A DNA stretch of 64,000 bases. Origin: an uncultured delta proteobacterium (GTDB lineage: Bacteria; Desulfobacterota; WTBG01; CAIYCZ01; CAIRTM01). The notes beneath the pieces are model-generated. The model searched no databases, was not told the origin of the DNA, and worked only from the letters and a program-made list of their open reading frames with translations. The stretch lies in NCBI GenBank assembly GCA_963804955.1, contig CAWDSQ010000008.1:113757-177756 (forward strand), given 5' to 3'. The translations under genes were made by a program, and so were the position numbers. Positions 22,074 through 33,881 of this stretch are shown here, piece by piece. Position 1 is the stretch's first letter, and each line of letters begins with the position of its first letter.

Positions 22074-24998
22074 ATGGCACGGAAAAAAGCCCCTGAAATT
22101 AAGTTTCAAGAGCATATCGCCGCTTACCTTAACGCTAAGCACGGTTATCCTGTGCTTGAACAAACCGAAATTATAGACTCGGAACACTTCATCGCAGAGG
22201 ATCATCTGTGGAGTTTTCTCAATGCTACGCAGAAAGACACTCTTGACAAACTGGCTGCCGATTATGGCATTGATGCGCGGGATGAGGTGTCTAAAGCTCT
22301 ACGTGCAGAACTGAATTATACACCGCTATGGATGCTTTTGCGGCATGGGTTAAAGGTTCGGGGGCTGGAGTTTCGTCTTTTTATACCCAAACCACGATCA
22401 AGCGAGAGCATAGCAAACGCACATTACGGCCAAAACCGCATTACTTATAGGCACCACTTCTTTTTCGGAGAAACAAATCAAGAAATTGATTTTGTCCTCT
22501 TCCTTAATGGTCTGCCCATAGTAGCCCTAGAGCTGAAGCACGATAAAAACCAGACCGTTCATGATGCCGTAGCTCAGTTTGCCAGCCGCGACCATGCACA
22601 CAAAATTTTTCAGCATCCGTTTCTCTACCTCGCTGCCGATACAAGCGATGTGATGGCAGCCACCGACCCGCGCCGTGAGGAGAATTTCCGCTGGCACAAT
22701 ACGGGACTTAAAAATGAGCCTCTGAACAGTGATGGCAAGGAATATCCGGTTGAGTTCCTTTACCGCGAAGTCCTATCGAAGGAACATTTGCTGGAGGCGC
22801 TTTCGTTCTTTCTGGTCCGTGTGCCGCACCGTGATGCCGAGGAGGATAAACCGGAGAGGCCTGCCTTTACCCTGTTTCCCCGCTATCATCAAAGCCGCAT
22901 GGTGCGGAAGGTGACAGACGATGCTCTGACGCACTTCACCACAAATGGCGATATCGGGCGCAAATATCTTATCAATCACTCGGCAGGCAGCGGAAAGACG
23001 CTTTCCATCTGCTGGTTGGCTGATCGTTTGCACAGCCTGTATAAACCGGGCACAAACGAAAAGTTGGTCGACATGGTGTTTATTCTCACTGACCGCAAGT
23101 CGCTTGATAAAAACATCAAGGACGAAATCGAAAATTTCACGCATCTCAAGGATGTGATCGGTCTTGCGCGGGAAGCAGATGACCTGCCGCGCTTTTTTGC
23201 ACAGCGAAAATCCATCGTCGTGACCACCCAGCAGAAATTTACCTGGATATTGGAAAAAATTAAAAGCGATCCGGATCTGAAAAAACGGCGTGTAGCCTTC
23301 TTGATTGACGAGGCGCACCGCTCGCAGGAAGGAAAGATGGGCGCTGCTATTCGCGTGCCATTCCGCGATGTCGAAACACCCGATACCGATGAACCAGAAG
23401 AAGACGAAGAAGAAAAGATTGCCAAAATTATCCGCGAGCATGATAGCAATCAACTTTTTGTCGCTTTTACCGCCACACCCGCACCCGCCACCGTGACGCT
23501 TTTTGGCGAACCGTTCGATGCGTATACGGAGGCTGAAGCCATTGCCGAAGGGTACATAGTTGATGTTGCCGCCAGCATCATTTCTTATGAAACGCTGTAT
23601 CATTTACAGTGTCCTGTTGTCGTAAAACTTGGCGAAGAGAAAGTTTATCCGGCAGGCGTGGTGGCGAAAGCGCTCAAGAATGTGGCGTTTCAGGATGAAG
23701 GCCTTATTCAATACAAAGCTGAAGTGATGCTCCGCATTTTTGAAGAAAACGTGATGCATCTTATCGATGGCAGGGCCAAAGCGATGATTGTCACCAGTTC
23801 CCGCGTGGCAGGCCTGCGGTATTTTGAGATTATTAAGCAGAAACTCATAGAGCGTGGGGTGGGCTATAAGGTTCTCTATGCATTCTCCGATTTTGTTCAT
23901 TACAAAACGAATGCGGCTGTCAGCGAACATGCGGTAAACGAACTTAAAGACGGTGAGCTGATTGAAGATCGTTTCGACGGCGATGATTACCGTTTGATGG
24001 TGGTGGCCAACAAATTTCAGACGGGTTTTGACCAACCACTTCTGGCCGGAATGTTTCTTGATAAACCGGTTATGGACCGCAACGCAGTCCAGACCGTTTC
24101 TCGTTTGAACCGGTGCCATGAAGGCAAAAAGGATGTCGTGGTTGTTGATTTTACGAATAATGCCAGGGCCATCCTCAAGGCATTCATGAAATATCGGAAA
24201 GGCACCCCGTTTGAACCGGGAGAGCCGGACGACCAGCAGTGCATTCGCCTGTATGACGAGATTATCGGGGCGGGTGTGTTCACGCAAAAGGATGCCGGTG
24301 ATATAGTCGTATCTCTGGCAAATGAAACAGACGCACAAACGCAGCTCCGAGTTGCTGCGCTACGCCAGCGTTTTGAGGATACAATCAGCGGCATAGACCA
24401 GCGTAAAGCCTTTGTGTATCTGCTGGAAAAATTTGTGAAAAGTTATCATTTCCTGACTTCCTTTTTTACATATTCGGTTGAGATACAAGAGTTTGCCGCT
24501 TTTGCCGAATATGTGGGGCCACAGCTTATTAAAAAGGGCACTGTTTCAGAGCTCATGCAGCAAATCCGCCAAACAGAAGTTGTCAAGGCGGCTGTCAAAT
24601 CTCTGGGGGAAGTGCGCAGCGGCGGTACAGTAAAACTGAAACCAGGGAAAGGGAATACGGGCGCTGGTCCGCCGATTCGAAAAGTATCCGTGCAGGATAT
24701 GATTGATGAGATTCGCACTCGGTTTACCATCACGGATGAAGAAGCGCTGTTAATACGGCAGGTAACCGATGAAAAAGCTCATGACAGGGAGATCCATGAA
24801 ACGGTCATTTCACATCGGGATAATCCTGTCTTTATAGAAGAAACTTTCAAGGAACGAGTCGATGGTTTGATCCAGCGCCGCTATGAAGAACTTGGCCATA
24901 TAAATGAGCTTTTCGATCCACGCTACATTGATCAGGGTGCAATTTTTGATATTATGGCCGGCACGGTGATTCGACATCATCTGGAGTGCGCAGCATGA
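22074..24998 (+). CDS. hsdR: type I R-M restriction/helicase subunit
   Basis: nuclease IDFVLFLNGLPIVALELK, HSAGSGKT, DEAH, FTATP, TGFDQP, QTVSRLNR. Confidence 0.93.
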   Translation: MARKKAPEIKFQEHIAAYLNAKHGYPVLEQTEIIDSEHFIAEDHLWSFLNATQKDTLDKLAADYGIDARDEVSKALRAELNYTPLWMLLRHGLKVRGLEFRLFIPKPRSSESIANAHYGQNRITYRHHFFFGETNQEIDFVLFLNGLPIVALELKHDKNQTVHDAVAQFASRDHAHKIFQHPFLYLAADTSDVMAATDPRREENFRWHNTGLKNEPLNSDGKEYPVEFLYREVLSKEHLLEALSFFLVRVPHRDAEEDKPERPAFTLFPRYHQSRMVRKVTDDALTHFTTNGDIGRKYLINHSAGSGKTLSICWLADRLHSLYKPGTNEKLVDMVFILTDRKSLDKNIKDEIENFTHLKDVIGLAREADDLPRFFAQRKSIVVTTQQKFTWILEKIKSDPDLKKRRVAFLIDEAHRSQEGKMGAAIRVPFRDVETPDTDEPEEDEEEKIAKIIREHDSNQLFVAFTATPAPATVTLFGEPFDAYTEAEAIAEGYIVDVAASIISYETLYHLQCPVVVKLGEEKVYPAGVVAKALKNVAFQDEGLIQYKAEVMLRIFEENVMHLIDGRAKAMIVTSSRVAGLRYFEIIKQKLIERGVGYKVLYAFSDFVHYKTNAAVSEHAVNELKDGELIEDRFDGDDYRLMVVANKFQTGFDQPLLAGMFLDKPVMDRNAVQTVSRLNRCHEGKKDVVVVDFTNNARAILKAFMKYRKGTPFEPGEPDDQQCIRLYDEIIGAGVFTQKDAGDIVVSLANETDAQTQLRVAALRQRFEDTISGIDQRKAFVYLLEKFVKSYHFLTSFFTYSVEIQEFAAFAEYVGPQLIKKGTVSELMQQIRQTEVVKAAVKSLGEVRSGGTVKLKPGKGNTGAGPPIRKVSVQDMIDEIRTRFTITDEEALLIRQVTDEKAHDREIHETVISHRDNPVFIEETFKERVDGLIQRRYEELGHINELFDPRYIDQGAIFDIMAGTVIRHHLECAA

Positions 24999-25657
24999 GC
25001 AAAAAAATTAGTCAAATCCCTCCCCATGATCGGCCGCGAGAAAAACTGCTCGCAAAAGGGGCTGCTGCGCTTAGCGACCAGGAACTAATTGCCGTCCTGC
25101 TGGGTAAGGGCACTCCTCAAATGGATGTAATGGCCCTTGCTGCCAGGGTGGCTCGTGTCATTGATGAAAAAGGGCTTGCTGTCCGAGTGGAAGATTTGAC
25201 AGGGTTTGATGGGGTTGGAGCCGCCAAAGCAACGCTTATTCTGGCTGCCATTGAGTTTGCACGACGCCGCATTAAGCCTGAAGGCTTAAAGATTGCTACC
25301 CCTGCCGACGTGCTGCCCTTAATCCGGCATTATGCCGATCGGAAGCAGGAGCATTTTCTTTCAATAACCATTAACGGGGCGAATGAAGTGTTGAGTGTAC
25401 GGGTTGTTTCTATTGGCCTTGTTGACCGCAGCCCTGCACACCCTCGTGAAGTATTTGCTGATGCGGTGTCAGATCGCGCCTCAGGTATTATCGTAGCGCA
25501 TAACCATCCGGCAGGAAGTCTTGAACCCTCACAATTTGATGTAGAGATAACAAGCCAGTTAAAGCAAGCCGGTGAGATTGTCGGAATTCAGCTTCTTGAT
25601 CACATCATTTTCAATCGGAATGGTTATTACAGTTTTTTAGAAGCTGGATGTTTATAA
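24995..25657 (+). CDS. radC: RadC / JAB-domain protein
   Basis: RPREKLL..G..ALSD.EL, HPREVF, AHNHPAG..PS..D, LLDHII. Confidence 0.92.
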   Translation: MSKKISQIPPHDRPREKLLAKGAAALSDQELIAVLLGKGTPQMDVMALAARVARVIDEKGLAVRVEDLTGFDGVGAAKATLILAAIEFARRRIKPEGLKIATPADVLPLIRHYADRKQEHFLSITINGANEVLSVRVVSIGLVDRSPAHPREVFADAVSDRASGIIVAHNHPAGSLEPSQFDVEITSQLKQAGEIVGIQLLDHIIFNRNGYYSFLEAGCL

Positions 25658-25683
25658 GGACGATCGTTTTGAGAATGTAAGCG

Positions 25684-28069
25684 GTGACAAAACATTACGA
25701 TAGTCATGAAACGAAGCAAACAGAAATCGAACAGCTTCGAGAGGAAAACCAGCGTCTTAAGTCACTGCTTGACGCTCACGGTATTAACTGGGAGCAAGAT
25801 CCTGTAACCTATGCCGTAACCCATACCACGCCGACCGCTGCACACGAAAGCGGCCCCCAGTTAGATTCTTCCACAAAAGTCGCTCTTTTTCGCAGCCTTT
25901 TCCGTGGCCGCACCGATGTGTATCCTCTGCGCTGGGAATCGGCCAAAGGGAAATCCGGCTATTCTCCCGCCTGTGCTAATGAATGGCGAAGCGGTGTGTG
26001 CGGAAAGCCCCGGACAAAGTGCGCCGATTGCGAGCAGCGAATGCTGCTGCCTGTCACCGATCAGGTTATTGTTGATCATTTGACCGGACGGCAGACTATC
26101 GGCATTTATCCGCTGCTTACCGATGATACCTGCTGGTTTCTGGCGGTCGACTTTGACGAAGCCGACTGGCGCGATGATGCCCATGCTTTTATGCAATCGT
26201 GCCGTGAGCTTGGCGTGCCTGCGGCGCTCGAAATATCACGCTCTGGTGATGGCGCGCATGTCTGGATATTTTTTACTGAGGCCGTGCCTGCACGTGAAGC
26301 GCGCAAGCTGGGGCGGCGCTTATCAGCCATACCTGCGCACGCACACGGCAGTTGAGTCTTGCAAGTTATGACCGCTTTTTCCCTAATCAGGACAGCCTGC
26401 CTAAAGGCGGCTTCGGGAATCTGATTGCGCTGCCCCTGCAGAAAAATATTCGCGAACAGGGTCGCAGTGTGTTTGTCGATGAACGACTTTAATCTGCTGC
26501 CTGATCAATGGACGTTTTTGGCTTCACTTGCCCGGATGAGTTTACTTGAGGTGGAAAACGCCATCCAAAGGGCGACAGGAGGGCGCTCATCCTCTTGATG
26601 TGGCGTTTGTGACGGAGGAGGATGAGCGCGAACCTTGGAAACGACCATCTGCGGAATTTACTGAAATTCCGGGGCCGTTGCCACCCTCGCTTAAGCTTGT
26701 TCTTGCAAATCAGATATTTATTGAAAAAGCTGCATTATCGCAGCCGCTTGCCAACCGCTTGATTCGCCTTGCAGCTTTCCAGAATCCGGAATTCTACAAG
26801 GCACAGGCCATGCGCTTTCCGGTTTGGGACAAGCCGCGAGTTATCGGGTGCGCAGAAAATTATCCGCAGCATATCGGCCTGCCCCGAGGCTGTCTTGAGG
26901 CAGTGTTTGATCTTCTGGGCAGGCATAATATCCGCGCTGAAATTCTGGACGAAAGAGTTCCGGCGAACCTGTCAGCGCTGTTTTTACTGGAACTTTGCGA
27001 GAAGATCAGGAAGCGGCTGTTGAGGCAATGCTTGCGCACAAGACAGGAGTACTCTGTGCTCCGACAGCCTTCGGCAAAACCGTCACCGCCGCAGCGCTGA
27101 TCGCCCGAAGGCAGGTCAGCACGCTTGTGCTGGTTCACCGCAATGAACTGCTCAAGCAATGGCAGGAGCGATTGACAGTTTTTCTTGAAGCACCTAAAGG
27201 CTCCATCGGCGTGATCGGCGGCGGTAAAAAGAAGCCTTCAGGCTGCATCGATATTGCTGTTATGCAGACATTGTCGCGCTATGAAAATCTGCCGGAACTG
27301 CTTGACCGGTATGGCCAGATTATTGTCGATGAATGCCATCATATTTCAGCTTTTTCCTTTGAAACCATTCTGAAGCAGTGTAAAGCCTCTTTTGTTGTGG
27401 GGCTGACGGCAACACCGGTGCGCCGCGACGGGCATCAACCGATCATTTTCATGCAGTGCGGCCCGATCCGCCATAATGCTGCACGACCGGATTCAGCGCC
27501 GACACAGTTGGAAGTCTGGCCGCGCATGCTGCAGGCGCCGCCGCTTGCACCGGAAGCTGCAATTCAAGATGTGTTTCGCACCCTCACAACCGATGCGCAA
27601 CGCAATCAGCGCATTGCACGGGATATTATTGATGCATTCCGTGAAGGTAGAAAAATTCTTGCTTTGACTGAACGGACCGAACAACTGGAACTGCTGCGGA
27701 CGGCTTTTGGTGATGAGGTGGCGACCTGTTTCATGCTGCATGGCAGAATGTCGAAGAAGCACAGAGCAGAAGTGATGGAAATGCTTTGCTGCGCTTGACG
27801 GCTCAGCACCACGAGTAATTCTTGCCACAGGCCGCTTAATAGGCGAGGGCTTTGATCATCCGCCCCTTGATACTTTGGTGCTCTGCCTCCCGATTTCGTG
27901 GAAGGGAACGCTTCAGCAGTATGCGGGCCGCCTTCACCGGGAGCATGCAGGCAAGCATGATGTGCGGATTTATGACTATGTTGAATTTGACCATCCGCAG
28001 CTTGCCCGCATGTGGGACAAACGTTTGCGCGGGTATCGCAGCATGGGCTATACGGTACACACGGATTAG
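25684..28069 (+). CDS. AEP primase-like domain fused to SF2 DEAD/DEAH helicase (TOTE-type), multiply frameshifted
   Basis: LFRGRTDVY, AVDFD..EISRSGDGAHVW, GFGNLIALPLQ, APTAFGKT, DECHH, GLTATP, QYAGRLHR. Confidence 0.8.
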
Positions 28070-28087
28070 AGAAGATCAAGGCCCAAA

Positions 28088-28894
28088 CTACTCATCCCCC
28101 ACGATCACGCCCCGGCCCACATGCATGACAAGGGGCCTCTTGGCGCTTTTCACGAAAGAGATGAATTCTGCCGCCTCCGGAGAGATGAATCCTGCCGCAT
28201 CAAGGGCCTCGATAGCCTTTTTTTTACCATAGCCAGAGAGATACAGGATTTTGTAGGCTTCTTTGATTTCGCGTATGGTCTCTCGTGAAAGCCCGGCCCG
28301 CCGCAGGCCCACAAGGTTGAGCCCTTCCACGCGGTTTCGTTCCAGCGCCACGAGAAACGGCGGTATGTCGCGGCTGAAGCGGCCGTTGCCGCTGAGCATG
28401 GCAAACCGTCCCACGGTCACAAACTGATGCACCATGACGCCGCCGGAAACAAATGCCCGGTCTGCCACGCTTACATGGCCGGCAAGGCAGGCATAATTGG
28501 CGATGATCACATTGCTGCCGACGGTGACATTATGGGCAAGATGACTGCCGCCCATGAGGAAATTGCTGTTTCCCATACTGGTTTTGCTGTCGGGCTTGGT
28601 GCCGCGGTGAATGGTCACATATTCGCGAATGACATTATTGTCGCCGATTTCGACATAGCTGACCGTATCTTTGCTGAAGCCAAGGTCCTGCGGCTCGTGG
28701 CCGATGACCGCGCCCATATGTATTTCATTGTTGCAGCCGATGGTGGTATAGCCGGTCAGATAGGCATTGGCATAAATCTTCGTGCCGCTGCCGATGGTGA
28801 CATGTTCGTCGATAATAACATTGGGCCCGATTTCAACACCGGCAGCAATCTGCGCCCCGGGGCTCACCATGGCGGTTGGGTGAATTGTGCTCAT
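28088..28894 (-). CDS. lpxA: acyl-ACP--UDP-N-acetylglucosamine O-acyltransferase (LpxA family)
   Basis: IHPTA.V, IGHEPQDL, IREYVTIHRGT, VHQF, GLNLVGLRRAG. Confidence 0.85.
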   Translation of the reverse strand: MSTIHPTAMVSPGAQIAAGVEIGPNVIIDEHVTIGSGTKIYANAYLTGYTTIGCNNEIHMGAVIGHEPQDLGFSKDTVSYVEIGDNNVIREYVTIHRGTKPDSKTSMGNSNFLMGGSHLAHNVTVGSNVIIANYACLAGHVSVADRAFVSGGVMVHQFVTVGRFAMLSGNGRFSRDIPPFLVALERNRVEGLNLVGLRRAGLSRETIREIKEAYKILYLSGYGKKKAIEALDAAGFISPEAAEFISFVKSAKRPLVMHVGRGVIVGDE

Positions 28895-28980
28895 CGAAAA
28901 ACTCCTTGATGCAGTATAAGGTTGGCAAGCACTTTAGTCAGTTTGCCCCCTGTTTGCAAGCAAAAGCTTATGTAGCTGCG

Positions 28981-29051
28981 CAGGGATCAGGGTTCGGGGG
29001 GCAGGGTTCAGGAACAGTATACCCGATCCCAATCCTGATCCCTGAACCCTG
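28981..29051. repeat. heptamer-repeat palindrome (CAGGG[A/T]T)n ... ([A/T]CCCTG)n
   Basis: cagggatcagggttcggggggcagggttcagga ... tcccaatcctgatccctgaaccctg. Confidence 0.6.
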
Positions 29052-29053
29052 TC

Positions 29054-29866
29054 TTACTCCACCAGCGGTTCTGCATAGCAGTACAGGCAGCCATTGGGGC
29101 ATTTCTGGCTGTACCAGCCGATATCAATGCTTTCGGTGCAGCCGCACAGCTTGCGCTGCCCCTTTGCCCGCTGTGTCGAACAGATTTTTCCATCCGGGTG
29201 CAGCCGGCTTAAAAGCTCCCCGTCGATGCAGCTTGAGCGGGGGCAGCCTTCAACCGAGCAGTAGTGCAGGCTCATGCCCAGGCCGGCAGCGGTCTGCTCA
29301 AGCAGCTGAACGTGTTCTTTTCGCTCCTGAGCAGTGTAGGGTTAAGGCGAACTCCTTTCTTCTCCAGACGCCGCAGCACCTTGCGGTATGGCTCAACCCA
29401 GCTTGTGCGGCAGGTGCTGACTCCTGCTGCGGCCATGCTGCGGGCAAGAGCATCAAACATCTCAATATTGCTTATAGGGCTGCCATGGGCCATGCAGCGC
29501 ACGTATGGGGTCAAAGCGCCAGCAAATCCGCTCGGGGCCTTTAACCAAAGCTATGAGGGCGGGCACCATCTGCCGCAGCGTTTCCCATGGTGGGATATGG
29601 GGTTCAAGCACCGTGCCGCCCAGGCCCGTAATGGTCAGATGCACATACAGCTGGCGGTAGCGCTCAAGGGTGTCGCGCAGCGCGCCGGGGGCGATCATGT
29701 TCTGCGGATTTTTTGTCCAGATAACAAGGCTATGCACCTGTTCGGGCGGATAGTCGCGAAGCTTTTCAATGAGAAACTCGGGATAGCAGGCAACCAGATC
29801 CGTGCGCCGGCTTGCCGACAGAACGATATGCTGCTGCTCGGGGGGAAATAAGGTTGGCTGCGTCAT
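29054..29866 (-). CDS. DUF1848 family protein (two frameshifts)
   Basis: SASRRTD..WTKNP..TITG..WRFDP and C-terminal CGC..SIDIG.Y..CPNGCLYCYA. Confidence 0.8.
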
Positions 29867-29892
29867 TTTGCCACTGTGCATGCAGGCCGCGG

Positions 29893-30549
29893 TCAGGACT
29901 GCGGGCCCGTTTTTCTGTATGCCGCCCGGTAAATCGGCAGGCCGTGCATGAAGAACCTTCGCTCATAGTGTGTAGCCGCAGATTCAGGATCGACGCCGGC
30001 GGGATCTATGGTGCGGCAGTAGAGCTCTTCAAGCCCTGCACAGCCCCTGCCGGTCTTGAGCATGATCTCGAAATACCGGGCAAAATCCGTGGCAAGATGA
30101 ATGCAACCGCCCGGAACCAGCCTGCTGCGCAGCAGTTCAAAAAACTCCGGATTAACAATGCGTCGCCTGCGATGTTTTGTTTTGGGCCAGGGATCGGGAA
30201 AATAAATATGAAATGCCTGCACCGACTCGGGCGGAACATATCCCCATATAAAATAGTCGGCTTCAGCCCGCAGCAGGCGCACATTGCCGACCCGCGCCTG
30301 TTCCACCCGCTCTTTCATGAAGTGAAAAAATTTATTGGCCCTCTCAATGCCGAGATAGTTGATATGCGGGTTCTCCTGTGCGCTTTTGATGATAAAGCGG
30401 CCACGGCCTGACCCTATTTCAATCTCTATGGGATTGCTGTTGCTGAACATGCCGCTGAAGCTCAGCCCGTCGTCAAACTGACGAATGCCTATTTCTACAT
30501 CACGGGCAGCAGGAGCATCCTGCTGCGGCTCAGCACCAGGAGATATCAT
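29893..30549 (-). CDS. trmB: tRNA (guanine-N7)-methyltransferase
   Basis: EIGSGRG, YLGIE, FPDPWPKTKHRRRR, LATD, THYERRF. Confidence 0.92.
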   Translation of the reverse strand: MISPGAEPQQDAPAARDVEIGIRQFDDGLSFSGMFSNSNPIEIEIGSGRGRFIIKSAQENPHINYLGIERANKFFHFMKERVEQARVGNVRLLRAEADYFIWGYVPPESVQAFHIYFPDPWPKTKHRRRRIVNPEFFELLRSRLVPGGCIHLATDFARYFEIMLKTGRGCAGLEELYCRTIDPAGVDPESAATHYERRFFMHGLPIYRAAYRKTGPQS

Positions 30550-31575
30550 TTCTGCCGCCGCCTTTTACCTTGTACATGCGATCATCAGCCAGATGCAGAA
30601 TCTGCTGATTCGTGTCGCCGTCATCGGGAAATGTGGCAATGCCGAAGCTTGCCGTAAGATGAATGGCAAGGCCCTTCTGCTGCAAGAAACACAGTGCTGT
30701 TGAGCTTGCTCTGCAGCTCACGGCAGAAGGCCAGGGCCTCCTGCTTTCCGGTATCGCGCAGAATGATGACAAACTCATCACCCCCGTAGCGGGCGCCGAA
30801 ATGATTTTCACCGAGCATACCGGCGATAATAGCGCCCATTTCTCCTAAAAGGCTGCTTCCGCACAGATGCCCGTGCGTATCATTGACCAGCTTGAAAAAA
30901 TCAAGGTCGAAAAAAATCAGTGAGCACTTGCCCCCCAGTTCCAGAGCGCGGTCGATTTCCTCCTGCAAGAATGATATGCAGATGACGGGAATTATACAGC
31001 CCCGTGATGTCGTCGGTAATGGTAAGCTTGCTCACCTGCTCAAAGTTGCGGGCATTTTCAAGGGCGATTGCGGCAAAGTCCGCAACCGTGACGAGCATTT
31101 CTATGTCGAAGTCGTGTATCGACGCCACATCATTTCTGTTCACAAACTCGATCACCCCAAGCACTTTATCGCGGATCTTCAGCGGTATGCAGATGATGGA
31201 CTCGGTTGAAAATGCGGCTGCATCATCAACCTTGCGGGTAAACCGGGGCTCCTTGTCAACGCTGGGAACCAGCAGCGGCCGGCCGGTCTTGGCAACCCAG
31301 CCGGCAATGCCCTCCCCGATCTTCAGGCGCGTATCTTTTATTTTCTCAGCCTGGCCTGTTGCGCTGACCACGATCTCGAAATACAGCTCCTGCCGCTCAT
31401 GATCCACCAGCAGCAGCGACCAGTTCTCCGGGCTGAACAGTTCGGCCACCTTGTAAAATATCTGCTGCACCACCTCTTTCACGGTCAGGGATGAGGTGAG
31501 TGTTTTGCCGATTTCATGAATGATCGTTATGCGCCGCTTGATCTTCTCAAAACTGGCCAGTTGCGCCTGCGTCAT
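30530..31575 (-). CDS. GAF-sensor diguanylate cyclase (frameshifted)
   Basis: GAF GEGIAGWVA..., DDITGLYN, DLDFFKLVNDTHGH, RYGGDEF, TASFGIA. Confidence 0.88.
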
Positions 31576-31588
31576 GGTTTCCCCTTTT

Positions 31589-32300
31589 TTAAGTATATGA
31601 GCGATCCCCGAAGAGCAGCGTGCCCACCCGCACAAGGGTGGCGCCTTCCTCAATGGCCGCTTCAAAGTCGGCTGACATGCCCATGGAAAGCTCGGGCAGC
31701 CCGCCGCATCCGGGCAGCTGCCGCACAATATCATCCCGCAGCCTTCGCAGGGCACTGAAATAAGGCCTGGACAGCTCGGGGTCATCTGATAGCGGCGGCA
31801 TGGTCATAAGGCCCTGCACGCGCAGATGCTGCAGGCTCGCAGCTGCTGCAATCAGCCCGGGCACATTATCCGGCCCGCTGCCGCTTTTGCTCTGCTCGCC
31901 TGAAACATTCACCTGCACCAAAACCTGCAGCACACGGCCTCTTTTTTCGGCCTCGCGATCCAGGGCCTGCGCCAGCGGCAGGCTGTCAAGGCTGTGGACC
32001 ATATCAAAAAGCGCGGCTGCATATTTTGCCTTATTTGTCTGCAGATGGCCGATATAATGCCATGAAATTCCGCTGATTGTCTATAATGGGAATTTTTTCC
32101 CGCGCCTCCTGAATATAATTCTCACCAAGCAGAGTAACTCCGCAGGCCAGGGCCTGCCTGATCCTCTCCGGCTCCACGGTCTTGGAAACCGCAACGAGCC
32201 TGACGCCTGCAGGGTCGCGGCCGCAGCGGGCACAGGCCCGCAGCATGCGCTCCTGAATGCCTGCCAGCCGTTCGGCAATATCCGGCAATTGATTCGTCAT
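31589..32300 (-). CDS. yggS: PLP homeostasis protein YggS family (frameshift ~32070)
   Basis: LVAVSKT, GENYIQE, GLMTMPP, LSMGMSADF..AIEEGATLVRVG. Confidence 0.92.
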
Positions 32301-33470
32301 TGGATTTCCCCCTCAGCTGCGGCCGGCGCCTCATCAGGAAGGAAACGGCCGGGTGCAAAGTCGAGCCTGTTGACAAGAAACAGATCGGCAAGGCTCAGCA
32401 CGCCCGCAACGATCATGGCGGTGCGGGGCCCCAGCCCCTGCATGATGGCCCCGCTGGCAAGCGCTCCGGCAAAGGTGCCGAGCACCGCTACCTGGGCAAT
32501 GAAGCCCGAGCCGCCGCCCACGCGGGAGCGGCTGAACATATTTGAGGTCATGACATAGGAAAAAACCATGAAAGAGGCATCTCCCAGTTCATGAATGATG
32601 CGGAACAGCCAGGCCTGAGCCTGGGTCTGTGATAATGCCAGCAGTATATGCCCGCCCGCAGACAAGCCCAGGCCAGCTATGATGAGGCGTCGCAGCGATG
32701 CCGTGCCCCGGTCAAGCAGCCTGCCGTAGATAAGGCAGGAAAGGGCCAGAGCGATCACGGTCAGGCCGATAAAGACGCCGATGCCGGCCTGGGAAAAGCC
32801 GAGCGACTCTTTCAAAAACAGCACATACACGGTTTTTTCCGCTCCCCAGTGATAGGTATACAGAAATGTCACCAGGGCGAACATAACAACGTCGCGCCGG
32901 AATATTTCTTTTTTGTACACCGCGGGCTCGAAAATCTGGGCAAGGGTGCCCGGCAGCAGCAGCCCCAGCGGTACGATCAGAAAAAACAGAACGCCGCAGA
33001 CGCGGAAGACCGCCGGAAAGCTCAGCCACCCCAGCAGCAGCCCCCCGAGCAGCGCGCCTGCTGCGATGCCCATATGCTCGGCAAAAGCTATGGTCGAGAA
33101 TCGCCTGCCCTTGCCATCTATCTCCCGCGGTTTTATAGAAAAGCGACCGCATGGAAATCTGCCCCAGATTGTACCACGTGCCGTAGCACATGATCAAAAG
33201 CAGCAGCACGGCAAAAGACGTGCTGAACGACAGGGCAAAATAGGTGAAGCCCAGCGCGCCAAATGAGCTTGCCACAAGCATGCGCGAGGGGAACATATCG
33301 TTTGAAACGCCCATGGGCAGCGTGGTCAGCAGCGTCATGAGCGAATCAATGCCCATGAGCAGCCCTATCTGCCAGCCTGAAAAACCCAGGTCTTTCAGAT
33401 ACACCGGAAAAAAGAACAGCGTCGTGAAGATGATCAGCCGCACGATAAAGAAGAGATATCCCGTGAGCAT
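32297..33470 (-). CDS. MFS transporter (frameshift ~33105)
   Basis: two hydrophobic halves with ~6 TM each; YGRLLDRG loop motif. Confidence 0.78.
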
Positions 33471-33881
33471 GAGCTTACCCTTCTCTGCCGGGGCCGCGCC
33501 GGTCTGTGCGTGTTTGAGCGTCCGCCATCTGTTATATACCTGCCTGTTTCCGAGCTGCGTTCAAAAATTGCGTTGAAAAACCCGTCTTTTATAACGTGTC
33601 CAACCTGCCTTGACAATAAAAAACCGGCGGAATAACAGGCCCAAATTGCCACAGCACGGCTGCTCTTTAACTTACATATTCTAATTTAGTAATCATCTAA
33701 AATCATAAAGATAAATCAATTGCACAATAATCTGTTGCAGGCTATGATTTCGGCGTTATTCAGCATGAAATATTTGATTCGAAGCGGAAGAGAAAGTGAA
33801 GGGCGCGGGCTCTTTACACCTCAGAGAGCTTATTCAGGGCTCATTTTAGACGAGCCTATAGCTTGATACTGCTCTCCGAGA

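Larger units (their letters stand above)
17857..28069 (+). mobile_element. defence/accessory island (type I R-M, NYN, RadC, primase-helicase)
   Basis: co-oriented + strand block of defence-type genes inside a minus-strand housekeeping run; visibly AT-richer in parts; no integrase or att repeat seen. Confidence 0.6.
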
